IMG/VR virus record: IMGVR_UViG_3300037424_002602
Location: 1-25,091 of that record
Reading direction: 5' to 3' (one strand)
Source: a virus
Taxonomy: Duplodnaviria > Caudoviricetes
DNA: 25,091 nt
How positions within the stretch are numbered: the first letter of the stretch is position 1; the number at the start of each line of letters is the position of its first letter. The notes below the pieces were generated by a model. The model had not been told where the DNA came from. It saw only the letters and a program-made list of their open reading frames with translations, and made no database searches. This document shows positions 1 to 8,485 of this stretch, one piece after another. The position numbers were made by a program, and so were the translations under genes.

Positions 1-2
1 AT

Positions 3-1496
3 AAAGTAGGATTTGAAGAGTATGTAAAGTATGCGAAACAAGATGTAATATTAACTGAGAAGGTGTACAGATCTCAGCAGAAATTGATGGAAATTCAAGG
101 AATGACGGACTTGCTCAATAATTATATGCAATATTATAAATCTATAATTGAAACTGAATACAATGGGATGTTCGTTGACATAAGCGGAGTATTAGCTGGA
201 GCCGCCCATTATCAGCAATTGTCAGATGATGCTTTACATAATGCCAGAACTGCTTTTTTTAGGTTACCAAAAGAATGGGTAAATTCTGTAGACTTCAACC
301 CAGCGAGCCCCAAACAAGTGGGTAGAGTATTGTTTGGTGGGGAATTGAAAGGGCATTTATATGAGCAATGCTATGATGTGAATTTGTGCCCAGTTTTTTA
401 TAAATCTGGAATTAAAAAAGGTCAAGAAAAGTTTAAAAAAGTGCCGATCGTTAAGACAGTGGATGGGCTGTTTAACCCCAAAAAATATTCAAAATTAAAT
501 AAATCTGGAACAGCCTATATAGTGGACCACAAAGTGCTAGAATCGTTGCCTGATAATGACTTCGTAAAATACATTCTTGAGTATAAAAAATCCAGTAAGC
601 TTGTGGCAGATCATAATAAGATACAGGCTAACACCAACCCATTTACTGGGGGTCTACACAGTGAGTTTAACACAACTGCCACAGTGACTGGAAGGCTGTC
701 GTCATCAAACCCAGGTAGTCAAAATTTACACCCAGTTACCAAGGACTATTTTACAAGTAGATTCACAGACGGGAACATTATAGAATGTGACTGGTCACAA
801 GTTGAAGTGGCCATGGCTGCATACATCTTTAACGATACGACATTAATTAAGGAGGTGTTAAGTGGGGAGGATATGCACTTAACAAATGCTAGGTTATTAA
901 AGCCAAGTGGAGAAATATCCCCCAAAGAGCGAAAAACAGCTAAGTTTATGACGTTTGGGATTTTATATGGGCAAAGTGCTTATGGATTGGCTAAATCTCA
1001 TGGAGTAACAGAAGACGAAGCTCAAAGCTTTATTTCCAATTTTTATCAGAAATACCGGAATATTCACAAATGTCACGAATCATTACGAAAATTAATTGAG
1101 ACCGGCCCTCTATGGGATACAGAAAATAACTATTTCTATCAAAGGCTTAGGGCCCCTAATTCAAAAACGTATTTCATTCGGACATGGCCTGATAGGATGG
1201 GGGCCCAAGTGTTTAAATTCTCACAATACGCGAATTATATGATACAAGGTACAGCAGGGGACTTGCATGCGTATTGTGTAGGAAAGTTATATGAATCACT
1301 CTTGCCTTATAGGAAATCATGTGTTATGATTAATAATGTACACGATAGTATTATGTTAGATTGTACAAATGATAAAACTGATGCCATAATTAAATTATGT
1401 AAAGAGAATTTAGAAAAGTTTGCAAAAGAGATGACAGGAACGGATTTATTTAAGATTGATATTAAAGTAGGCGAGTCGTGGGGGAATTGTAAATGA
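3..1496 (+). CDS. polA: Family A DNA polymerase, 5'-truncated by the window edge
   Basis: The frame is open from base 3 (KVGFEEYVKYAKQDV, containing the ExoIII YxxxD motif), upstream of the called GTG at 63. Also TVTGRLSSSNP, motif A DWSQVE, motif B RKTAKFMTFGILYG, NYMIQGTAGD and motif C VHDS. Confidence 0.96.
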   Translation, partial: KVGFEEYVKYAKQDVILTEKVYRSQQKLMEIQGMTDLLNNYMQYYKSIIETEYNGMFVDISGVLAGAAHYQQLSDDALHNARTAFFRLPKEWVNSVDFNPASPKQVGRVLFGGELKGHLYEQCYDVNLCPVFYKSGIKKGQEKFKKVPIVKTVDGLFNPKKYSKLNKSGTAYIVDHKVLESLPDNDFVKYILEYKKSSKLVADHNKIQANTNPFTGGLHSEFNTTATVTGRLSSSNPGSQNLHPVTKDYFTSRFTDGNIIECDWSQVEVAMAAYIFNDTTLIKEVLSGEDMHLTNARLLKPSGEISPKERKTAKFMTFGILYGQSAYGLAKSHGVTEDEAQSFISNFYQKYRNIHKCHESLRKLIETGPLWDTENNYFYQRLRAPNSKTYFIRTWPDRMGAQVFKFSQYANYMIQGTAGDLHAYCVGKLYESLLPYRKSCVMINNVHDSIMLDCTNDKTDAIIKLCKENLEKFAKEMTGTDLFKIDIKVGESWGNCK

Positions 1497-1819
1497 TGAT
1501 ATTCAGAATGATGAGGGAAGTCTTTCCAAAGAAAGAGGAAAAGAATTTAGTTCCTGAGGAATTTATGAAATATTTAAATGATGTGCTGTTATTCGGAGCT
1601 GTTAAGCATGGGGACTTTAATTGGCAGAACCCAAATGGTAAGAAGTCTTCCCGCGAAGACATGCACAATAGTATGTTTCACCATATTGCGGAAAGCTATG
1701 CTGGTAAAACCCATGATATGGAAACGGGCCACCATCCATTAGCTCATGCAGCAACTAGATGTTTAATGCAGTTATATAGAATTAATCATAATCTTATACA
1801 TAAAGATGATAAGGGGTAG
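1493..1819 (+). CDS. dATP/dGTP diphosphohydrolase-like protein (DUF5664 type)
   Basis: VLLFGAVKHGDFNW...MFHHI...GKTHDMETGHHPLAHAA matches the remembered family pattern VL.FGA.KYG..NW...RHL...GE..D.ESG..HLAHA. ATGA overlap with the polA stop. Confidence 0.8.
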   Translation: MMIFRMMREVFPKKEEKNLVPEEFMKYLNDVLLFGAVKHGDFNWQNPNGKKSSREDMHNSMFHHIAESYAGKTHDMETGHHPLAHAATRCLMQLYRINHNLIHKDDKG

Positions 1820-1822
1820 ATC

Positions 1823-2401
1823 ATGAATGAATTAGTTCCAGAAAATATTAGAGTATTTATACAAGATCTAGTGGACAGCTTTGGTCCACATGCTAAGATT
1901 ATAGTAGCTGGTGGAGCTGCTTCGGATTTATTGCGGAGTGTTCCTCCAAAAGATATTGATATTTATTGCTCTGAGCCGGTAACAGTCCATAAAGTTGACA
2001 ATAAGACGGAGTTTTACATTACGATCGCGGGACGTGTATTTACTATGAAAGGAAAATATCCATCAGGACATTTTGATGTATACACAAATGAGGAGTTTTC
2101 CCTGCCGATGGATCTAGTAGTGATGCGCAATACTGGTATGGATTTACTTAAAGTAGTTGAGGATTTTGATATGTCAATTGCCCAATGTGCAATCACAGAT
2201 CTATATAATATCAATTGGGTAGTGGATTTCAGAACTTCTTCATGTGACAAGTCCTTGAATTCAAAGGTCATAGAGTATTCAAGTAGTTCAACTTACCATA
2301 GAAATGATCAAAAAATTAAGAGAATTAGACGATATAGTGAAAAATATCCTAATTATGATATAATTGAAATATTACATAAGGGGACAGCAAATGAATCTTA
2401 A
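1823..2401 (+). CDS. Minimal Pol-beta-superfamily nucleotidyltransferase (CCA-adding/poly(A) polymerase head-like)
   Basis: IIVAGGAASDLL...PPKDIDIY (GG..xD / DxD signature), a third acidic residue in PMDLV, and FDMSIAQCA resembling the DFTINA motif. SD-like AAGGGG upstream. Confidence 0.8.
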   Translation: MNELVPENIRVFIQDLVDSFGPHAKIIVAGGAASDLLRSVPPKDIDIYCSEPVTVHKVDNKTEFYITIAGRVFTMKGKYPSGHFDVYTNEEFSLPMDLVVMRNTGMDLLKVVEDFDMSIAQCAITDLYNINWVVDFRTSSCDKSLNSKVIEYSSSSTYHRNDQKIKRIRRYSEKYPNYDIIEILHKGTANES

Positions 2402-4319
2402 GAAATTAAATAAAAAACATATTCAAACTAAAGAAGTTATGTCTCTTGAGGAATATTTAAAATTAGCTCAGAAAGATAAATCTGTATATGCGAGTCCTCA
2501 ACAAAGATTGCTTAATGCAATTGGAGACTATGAATTGTTTGATACATCGACAAATGATAGATACAGTCGCTTGTTTGGTAACAAAGTGATTAAACGATAT
2601 CCATCATTTAAAAATTTCTTTGGTCTTGAGACAGTGATCGAAAAGATAGTGAATTATCTGACCTTCTCTGCTAAAAATTTAGAAGAGCGAAAGCAGATTC
2701 TTTATTTATTTGGTCCTCCCGGATCAGCTAAGTCGTCACTAGCTGAACATTTAAAAGTTTTATTCGAGAAAGAGCCGTTTTATTCTTTGGCAGTCGAAAC
2801 ACCGAAAGGCATTGAATTGTCTCCTATTCACGAATCCCCGTTAGGACTATTCACCGAAGAAGATGCAGAAGAACTAGGACTACCTGCTCGATTGTTTGGA
2901 ATTATACCAAGCCCATGGGCAACGAAGCGATTAGATGAGTTAGGGGATTTAACAAAATTTAAAGTGGTAAAATTATACCCCTCACGTCTTCGTCAAATTG
3001 CAATAGCAAAAACGGAGCCAGGCGATGACAATAACCAAGACATTTCAGCCCTTGTGGGTAAGCTGGATATCCGCCAGCTTGAACATTTTTCTCAAAATGA
3101 CCCAGATGCTTACAAATTTTCTGGAGGATTATGTATTGCAAATCAAGGTATCCTAGATTTTGTAGAAATGTTTAAGGCCCCAATAAATGTATTAAACCCA
3201 CTATTAGAAGCTACGCAAGGAAAAAATTATAAAGGCACAGAAGCCCTTGCTCCAATTCCTTTTGATGGCTTCATCATTGCACATAGTAATGAGCAAGAGT
3301 GGGACACCTTCCGTAAGAACAAGGCAAATGAGGCTTTCTTGGATCGTGTGTATTTAGTGAAAGTTCCGTATTGCTTAGGTATTGAGGAAGAGAAAAAAAT
3401 ATATCAAAAACAATTAGAAAACAGTGACTTAGCTGAGGAACCTTGCGTAGGCCATACATTGGATATCTTAGCAAAGTTTGCTATCCTCACTCGATTTAAT
3501 GAAACCAAGAAGGATACAGATGTATGGCTTAAGCTTTTGACTTACGATGGGCAGAATATAAAAGATAAGCACCCGAATACCGACACCTATTATGAATACA
3601 AATCCTTTGCAACCGCTAAAGAAGGGTTTATTGGGATGTCAACACGAGCAGCCTTTAAATTATTGTCAAAAGTGTTCAATGAAGATGTTCGAGAAGTGGC
3701 TGCTGACCCTGTACACATGCTTTTAAATTTAGAGTATTATATACTCGAGCAGGAGTTAAGTGACGAGCAGTCCACGGAATGGGGAGTGTTCTTAGAGTTG
3801 ATCGAAGAAGATTATGCCAAAAAATTAGGGAAGGACATTTATGCGTCATGCTTAGAGGCCTATGACTCTTATGGGCAACATGTTCTAAATAAATACATCC
3901 GGTTGGCCGACCACTGGATTCAGGAGAAAGCGTACAGAGATCCTGACACCGGACAGATGTTTGATATGGATCTATTAAATTCAGAATTAAAGCTGATAGA
4001 AAATAGAGCTAGTATTTCAAACCCGAAGGATTTCCGTAATGAAGTGGTTAATTTTGTCCTACGAGTGCGTGCCGAAAATGGAGGAAAGAACCCCGATTGG
4101 AAGTCCTATAATAAAATGCGCGAAGTCATTGAGTGCTCTCTGTTTAAGGACATTGATCAAATAATTGATGTGATTTCTTTTGATGACACAGGGGCCACTA
4201 CGCAGAAACAAAAAACCGAAGATTATGTATCCGGTATGAAGAAATTAGGCTACACTGCCATTCAAGCAGAAAGAAACTTAGAATGGTTTAAGCGTAGGGC
4301 ACATAGTAAAAATAGCTAA
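2391..4319 (+). CDS. prkA: PrkA/YeaG family AAA+ ATPase / putative Ser protein kinase
   Basis: Collinear with remembered E. coli YeaG: QILYLFGPPGSAKSSLAE (Walker A), IAKTEPGDDNNQDISALVGK, DFVEMFKAP (Walker B region), NEAFLDR, YRDPDTGQ, ISNPKDFRNEVVNFVLR. The ATG at 2391 with AAGGGG SD is preferred over the TTG at 2364. Confidence 0.96.
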   Translation: MNLKKLNKKHIQTKEVMSLEEYLKLAQKDKSVYASPQQRLLNAIGDYELFDTSTNDRYSRLFGNKVIKRYPSFKNFFGLETVIEKIVNYLTFSAKNLEERKQILYLFGPPGSAKSSLAEHLKVLFEKEPFYSLAVETPKGIELSPIHESPLGLFTEEDAEELGLPARLFGIIPSPWATKRLDELGDLTKFKVVKLYPSRLRQIAIAKTEPGDDNNQDISALVGKLDIRQLEHFSQNDPDAYKFSGGLCIANQGILDFVEMFKAPINVLNPLLEATQGKNYKGTEALAPIPFDGFIIAHSNEQEWDTFRKNKANEAFLDRVYLVKVPYCLGIEEEKKIYQKQLENSDLAEEPCVGHTLDILAKFAILTRFNETKKDTDVWLKLLTYDGQNIKDKHPNTDTYYEYKSFATAKEGFIGMSTRAAFKLLSKVFNEDVREVAADPVHMLLNLEYYILEQELSDEQSTEWGVFLELIEEDYAKKLGKDIYASCLEAYDSYGQHVLNKYIRLADHWIQEKAYRDPDTGQMFDMDLLNSELKLIENRASISNPKDFRNEVVNFVLRVRAENGGKNPDWKSYNKMREVIECSLFKDIDQIIDVISFDDTGATTQKQKTEDYVSGMKKLGYTAIQAERNLEWFKRRAHSKNS

Positions 4320-4327
4320 ATTAGGTT

Positions 4328-4373
4328 TGCTGCATTCTCCCTCAGGGCTCCCCTTCCCTGTAAAAATGCAGCA
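4328..4373. promoter_or_regulatory. Intergenic nested stem-loop between prkA and yeaH
   Basis: Outer perfect 9-bp stem TGCTGCATT (4328-4336) / AATGCAGCA (4365-4373). Inner stem CAGGG (4343-4347) / CCCTG (4356-4360) with loop CTCCCCTT. Function unknown. Confidence 0.6.
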
Positions 4374-4396
4374 TGAATTACGAAAGAGGTGACAAT

Positions 4397-5539
4397 GTGG
4401 CTACTATTATTGATAAGAGAAAGAATAAAGACAGTGTGTCGAAAATAAAGAATAAGTTTTTTAAGAGACAGCGTGCTGTTATTCAGCAGCAGATTGATGC
4501 TCTTATTAAGCAAAGGAAAATAAAGAACATACTAAATCCCACATCTAAGAAGATTACAATACCTTCTAAGAATATGTATGAGCCCACCTTTCATTATGAT
4601 TATGATAAATTGAAGGGACCTTTAATTAATACGGATAATAATTTTTGGGAAAAGGGAGATAAATTCTATTCACGATCCGACCCAAGTGGGTCAGGATCTG
4701 GAAGTGGTGGAGGAGGTGAGGACGACTTTTCCTTTTTGCTAACTAAGGACGAGTTTGTTAGATTGTTATTTGAGAACTTAGCTCTACCGAATTTTATTAA
4801 GAAATCTGGGGATATTAAAAAATACGTAACAAAGAGATCTGGATACATTAAAGAAGGAACGCCTTCAAAGTTGGACTTACGAAAAACATTTGAAAATGCC
4901 ATCGCTAGGAGATTCGCTTTACGGGCCACTGATCCTCCATTTCTTGATGACATTGATTTGAGGTACAAGCATTACAAACGTAAACCTATTCCTTGGAGAA
5001 GTGCTGTCATGTTTTGTTGTATGGATGTGTCAGGGTCAATGGGAGAGGATGAGAAATTAAGGGCAAAAAAATTCTACATCTTGTTATTTATGTTCCTTCG
5101 ACAAAAATACAAAACAGTGGACATTGTCTTTATTCGATACCATTCATCCGCAAAAGAATGTGATGAAGATGAGTTTTTCTACTCCCGTGAAACTGGGGGA
5201 ACGGTAATCTCCGAAGCATTGGAGTTAACAAACTCTATAATTAGAGACCGTTACCCCTCATCAAAGTGGAACATATACATAGCCCACACCAGTGATGGGG
5301 ATAATTTTTCCAGCGACAATGCGAAGTGTAATTCAATTCTTGAAGGCAGACTATTACCGTCTGTCCAATATTATCTACATTACAATGTCAGGCCTCCGCA
5401 AGGGGCGGCGACAGGGTATTGGAGTGAGTGGGATACCTGTATAAAAGATATTGAAAAGCGATATGAAAATGTAGTGACAGGAAATTATACAGGAAAAGTA
5501 TTTTCGGATTTCTCTAAATTTTTTTCTACTGGATTATAG
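4397..5539 (+). CDS. yeaH: YeaH/YhbH (DUF444) vWA-domain protein
   Basis: N-terminal TIIDKRKN, EPTF, Gly-rich linker then EDDFSFLLTKDEF, PFLDDIDLRY, MIDAS motif AVMFCCMDVSGSM, FFYSRETGGT, WNIYIAHTSDGDN. GTG at 4397 with GAGGT SD is preferred; the ORF track starts at 4373. Confidence 0.94.
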   Translation: MATIIDKRKNKDSVSKIKNKFFKRQRAVIQQQIDALIKQRKIKNILNPTSKKITIPSKNMYEPTFHYDYDKLKGPLINTDNNFWEKGDKFYSRSDPSGSGSGSGGGGEDDFSFLLTKDEFVRLLFENLALPNFIKKSGDIKKYVTKRSGYIKEGTPSKLDLRKTFENAIARRFALRATDPPFLDDIDLRYKHYKRKPIPWRSAVMFCCMDVSGSMGEDEKLRAKKFYILLFMFLRQKYKTVDIVFIRYHSSAKECDEDEFFYSRETGGTVISEALELTNSIIRDRYPSSKWNIYIAHTSDGDNFSSDNAKCNSILEGRLLPSVQYYLHYNVRPPQGAATGYWSEWDTCIKDIEKRYENVVTGNYTGKVFSDFSKFFSTGL

Positions 5540-5551
5540 GAAACCTGACTA

Positions 5552-6262
5552 ATGATAATAAAACCTGGAAAAGAGACCGTATTAGTTATATCGGATACAC
5601 AATGTCCGTTTGAACATAAGGACACTGTTAAATTCTTAACATGGGCTAAGAATAAATATAAGCCTACAAAAGTTGTACATATTGGGGATGAGTTGGATTT
5701 TCATTGCTTGTCTAGGTACTTTAAAGACCCAGACGGATATGGGGCTGGGCAAGAATTAACACTTGGGATAAATCATTTATCTCCCTTATACAAATTATTC
5801 CCAAAGGTTATGGTGTGCACCTCAAATCATGTTGATAGGCCCTATGATAGGGCCTTTGAAGCTGGCATTCCAAAGTCCTTCTTAAAAGACATTAAGACGG
5901 TCTTAGAGGCTCCAGAGGGTTGGGAGTGGTCAGACAAGTGGGTGATTGATAACATAGCTTACATCCATGGGCATGTGCTTCCTGGAGGCAAACATGGCAT
6001 ACAAAGGGCAGCCACTGAATACCCACGATCCGTTGTATTCGGTCATGTTCATGCCCATGCTGGCATCTATTATCGAGCGGACACAGAAAATTTACGGTTT
6101 GCCATGAACGTTGGATGTTTAGTTAATAACGAGGCTTATGCGTTTGTGTATGGGAAGAAGTATGTAAACAAGCCGATTATTGGATGTGGAGTGGTAAGAA
6201 AAGGATTGCCAACATTTGTCCCAATGATTTTAAATAAACAAGGTCGTTGGATTAATAGATAA
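5552..6262 (+). CDS. Calcineurin-like metallophosphoesterase
   Basis: All five motif blocks are recognisable: ISDTQ, HIGDELD, SNH, HGH, FGHVH. Confidence 0.9.
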   Translation: MIIKPGKETVLVISDTQCPFEHKDTVKFLTWAKNKYKPTKVVHIGDELDFHCLSRYFKDPDGYGAGQELTLGINHLSPLYKLFPKVMVCTSNHVDRPYDRAFEAGIPKSFLKDIKTVLEAPEGWEWSDKWVIDNIAYIHGHVLPGGKHGIQRAATEYPRSVVFGHVHAHAGIYYRADTENLRFAMNVGCLVNNEAYAFVYGKKYVNKPIIGCGVVRKGLPTFVPMILNKQGRWINR

Positions 6263-6268
6263 ACCCAC

Positions 6269-6297
6269 TTGACATTGCTGGGTTTTATAGTTAACAT
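6269..6297 (+). promoter_or_regulatory. Putative sigma70 promoter upstream of spoVR
   Basis: Perfect -35 TTGACA (6269-6274), 17-bp spacer, -10 TAACAT (6292-6297), in one of the few true intergenic gaps. SD-like AGGGGA precedes ATG 6324. Confidence 0.7.
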
Positions 6298-6323
6298 AAT
6301 GATATAGCATTAGGGGAACCGAA

Positions 6324-7835
6324 ATGTGTGAAAAAGTGAGTGAAAAATTATTTTCATCGAACGACTGGGGCGAAAAAGATATTCAACGTGTCTGGTCCGT
6401 AATTGATAAATTAGCAAAAGAGAAATATAATTTAGATTATTATGATCCTGAATTTGTAATAGTGGACTATGAAACGATGATCGTACTAACGTCTGTAACG
6501 GCAGCAATGCCGTTAACGTATACACATTGGTCCCAAGGAAAAGAATATTTCAAATTCAGAGATGCTTATAAAAATAATCAAACTAATCTCTCATATGAGA
6601 TGATCATCAATAGCAACCCAGCACGATGCTATTTACTGGACAAGAACACGTTAACAGGACAGACGGTCGTAATGTGTCACGCTGCTGTAGGACATTCAGC
6701 TTTCTTCAAGAATAATTATATAATGAAAGAGGGCATGGACCCCCGACATGTATTGGAATTATTCACTTACGCTAAAAATTATATTGAAATGTGTGAACAG
6801 AAGTACGGAGAGGAAGAGGTGGCGGAGCTTCTGGACTATGCTCATGCCTTGTCACACCACAGTGTGGATGTATCCAAGAGCAGGAAAAACAATAATCTCT
6901 ACCAACGAGCTGTAGAATATAATGCAGCATTAGAGAAAAATTACAATGAATTGTATAAGAATTTCGACAAGAAAATGATTATAACTCAAGACGAAGAAGA
7001 AGATGATTGTAAGTGGGAATTTCCTGAGTATAATCTAATGAAATACATTATTCATAATTCACCAAATTTACATTCATGGGAAAAGGAGGTGTTGTCAATT
7101 GTCTCAGCACTTCAACAATATTTCGTTCCGAATTACCATACAAAATTAATGAACGAAGGGTATGCAACATTCTGGCACAATACGTTGATGAGGGATTTGC
7201 ATGATATGGGGCACTTGACTGAGTCCTCAATGTTTGAATATATTGAAATGAATTGTGGAGTGATTCATCAACATAATCAGTTTCGGCCCATGAGAGGACT
7301 AAACCCGTATAAGATAGGAAGTGAGATATTTTCCGATATTCGCAGAATATGCGAAAACCCGACAGACGAAGACAGGGAATATTTCCCTTTCTTGGTTGGT
7401 AAAAATTGGGTGGATGAGGTGCAATTTGCAATGAAGCATTTTAATGATTCAAGTTTTATATTGCAATATTTGTCTCCACATGTTGTGCGTAAATTAAAAT
7501 TTGTGATCGCTGAGTCCTATAACTTGTCAGAGGAGGAGAGGTATGAAAATGGACTAGGTGATGATGTGTCGGCTCATATTATAACGGAAATCCATTCGGA
7601 CGAGGATTTTCTTTCTCTTAGGAAAAAAATTGCGGATTGTTATACATATGAAAAAATAATTCCTTCAATATACATTGGTAGTGTGAGTGAGAATTATCTT
7701 CACTTAGTACATCATAAAAACTCTTCTTACCCATTGCATCAAGAAGATGCAGAAGAGACTATAAAATATATGCAACTATTAATGGGGGAACGCTTACAGA
7801 TAAGATTGACGTTATTACACAGTAATGAAAACTAG
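6324..7835 (+). CDS. spoVR: SpoVR/YcgB family protein
   Basis: MPLTYTHWSQGK, YEMIINSNP, HAAVGHSAFFKNN, QYFVP...TKLMNEGYATFWH (family signature), NPYKIG, NDSSFILQYLSP. Confidence 0.94.
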   Translation: MCEKVSEKLFSSNDWGEKDIQRVWSVIDKLAKEKYNLDYYDPEFVIVDYETMIVLTSVTAAMPLTYTHWSQGKEYFKFRDAYKNNQTNLSYEMIINSNPARCYLLDKNTLTGQTVVMCHAAVGHSAFFKNNYIMKEGMDPRHVLELFTYAKNYIEMCEQKYGEEEVAELLDYAHALSHHSVDVSKSRKNNNLYQRAVEYNAALEKNYNELYKNFDKKMIITQDEEEDDCKWEFPEYNLMKYIIHNSPNLHSWEKEVLSIVSALQQYFVPNYHTKLMNEGYATFWHNTLMRDLHDMGHLTESSMFEYIEMNCGVIHQHNQFRPMRGLNPYKIGSEIFSDIRRICENPTDEDREYFPFLVGKNWVDEVQFAMKHFNDSSFILQYLSPHVVRKLKFVIAESYNLSEEERYENGLGDDVSAHIITEIHSDEDFLSLRKKIADCYTYEKIIPSIYIGSVSENYLHLVHHKNSSYPLHQEDAEETIKYMQLLMGERLQIRLTLLHSNEN

Positions 7836-7846
7836 AGGTGAATGAA

Positions 7847-8485
7847 ATGAGTAAAACAGTAACAGTGACAAAATTTAAACAATTTGATGAGTTTACAACG
7901 AAGGCCGGTCGCCCAAGTATACGGCATGTGATTGGCTATAAAGAAGATGCAGAAGAGAAAACTGCATATCTTTTTGAGTCAAACCCGTTATACACAACAT
8001 TGTCAACTAAGACCCTAACAGTGGGTAAGCAATATGATTTTGGGTTTGCTAAGAATGATAGGGGTATGTGGGAACTTGCAAAGATAGGGGCAGCCGGAAG
8101 TATGCCTAAGAGTACATATACCAAGAAGAGTTATGGAGGTGGGGGAGGATCCAGCCCTGATAAAGACTTATCCATGGAGCTTAGTGGCTTAATGCAGGCT
8201 ATAATAAGTAAAGTAGGATTAGACAATCTGAAAGAAAATACAACTACCGCATATATAATTAAGCAGCAATTAGTCAATCAAGTGAAATCAGGTACGTTTA
8301 AAACTATTATTAAGGAAGACTGGGCCCATTCGCCTTTAAAAAAGGGGGATACTGTGACTGGAACAGTGGGACATGAAATGCACCCCGTTCCGAAGGCACA
8401 TGAACAAGAGGAATATTTACATGAGGAACGAACACAGAGTGTTATAAGTTTCTCAGCGGATGACATTGATAATGATCCCTTCTAA
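7847..8485 (+). CDS. Putative single-stranded DNA-binding protein
   Basis: Beta-rich N-terminal domain, Gly linker and acidic-aromatic tail ADDIDNDPF, located next to the exonuclease. ATG 7847 follows GAGGTG; the track starts at GTG 7838. Confidence 0.55.
   Translation: MSKTVTVTKFKQFDEFTTKAGRPSIRHVIGYKEDAEEKTAYLFESNPLYTTLSTKTLTVGKQYDFGFAKNDRGMWELAKIGAAGSMPKSTYTKKSYGGGGGSSPDKDLSMELSGLMQAIISKVGLDNLKENTTTAYIIKQQLVNQVKSGTFKTIIKEDWAHSPLKKGDTVTGTVGHEMHPVPKAHEQEEYLHEERTQSVISFSADDIDNDPF

Noticed and set aside
3-1819. Z-genome (2-aminoadenine) system suggested by PolA plus DUF5664
   Set aside because: No PurZ or HD-domain DatZ is in the window. The motif A variant DWSQVEVA is not diagnostic by eye.
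1995-2020. TTGACA...TACATT as an internal promoter for prkA
   Set aside because: The spacer is only 14 bp and the site lies inside a CDS.
2391-7835. Host chromosomal DNA flanking a prophage
   Set aside because: The block is embedded between phage replication genes with overlapping or near-abutting junctions and similar AT-rich style, and it includes a phage-type phosphoesterase.
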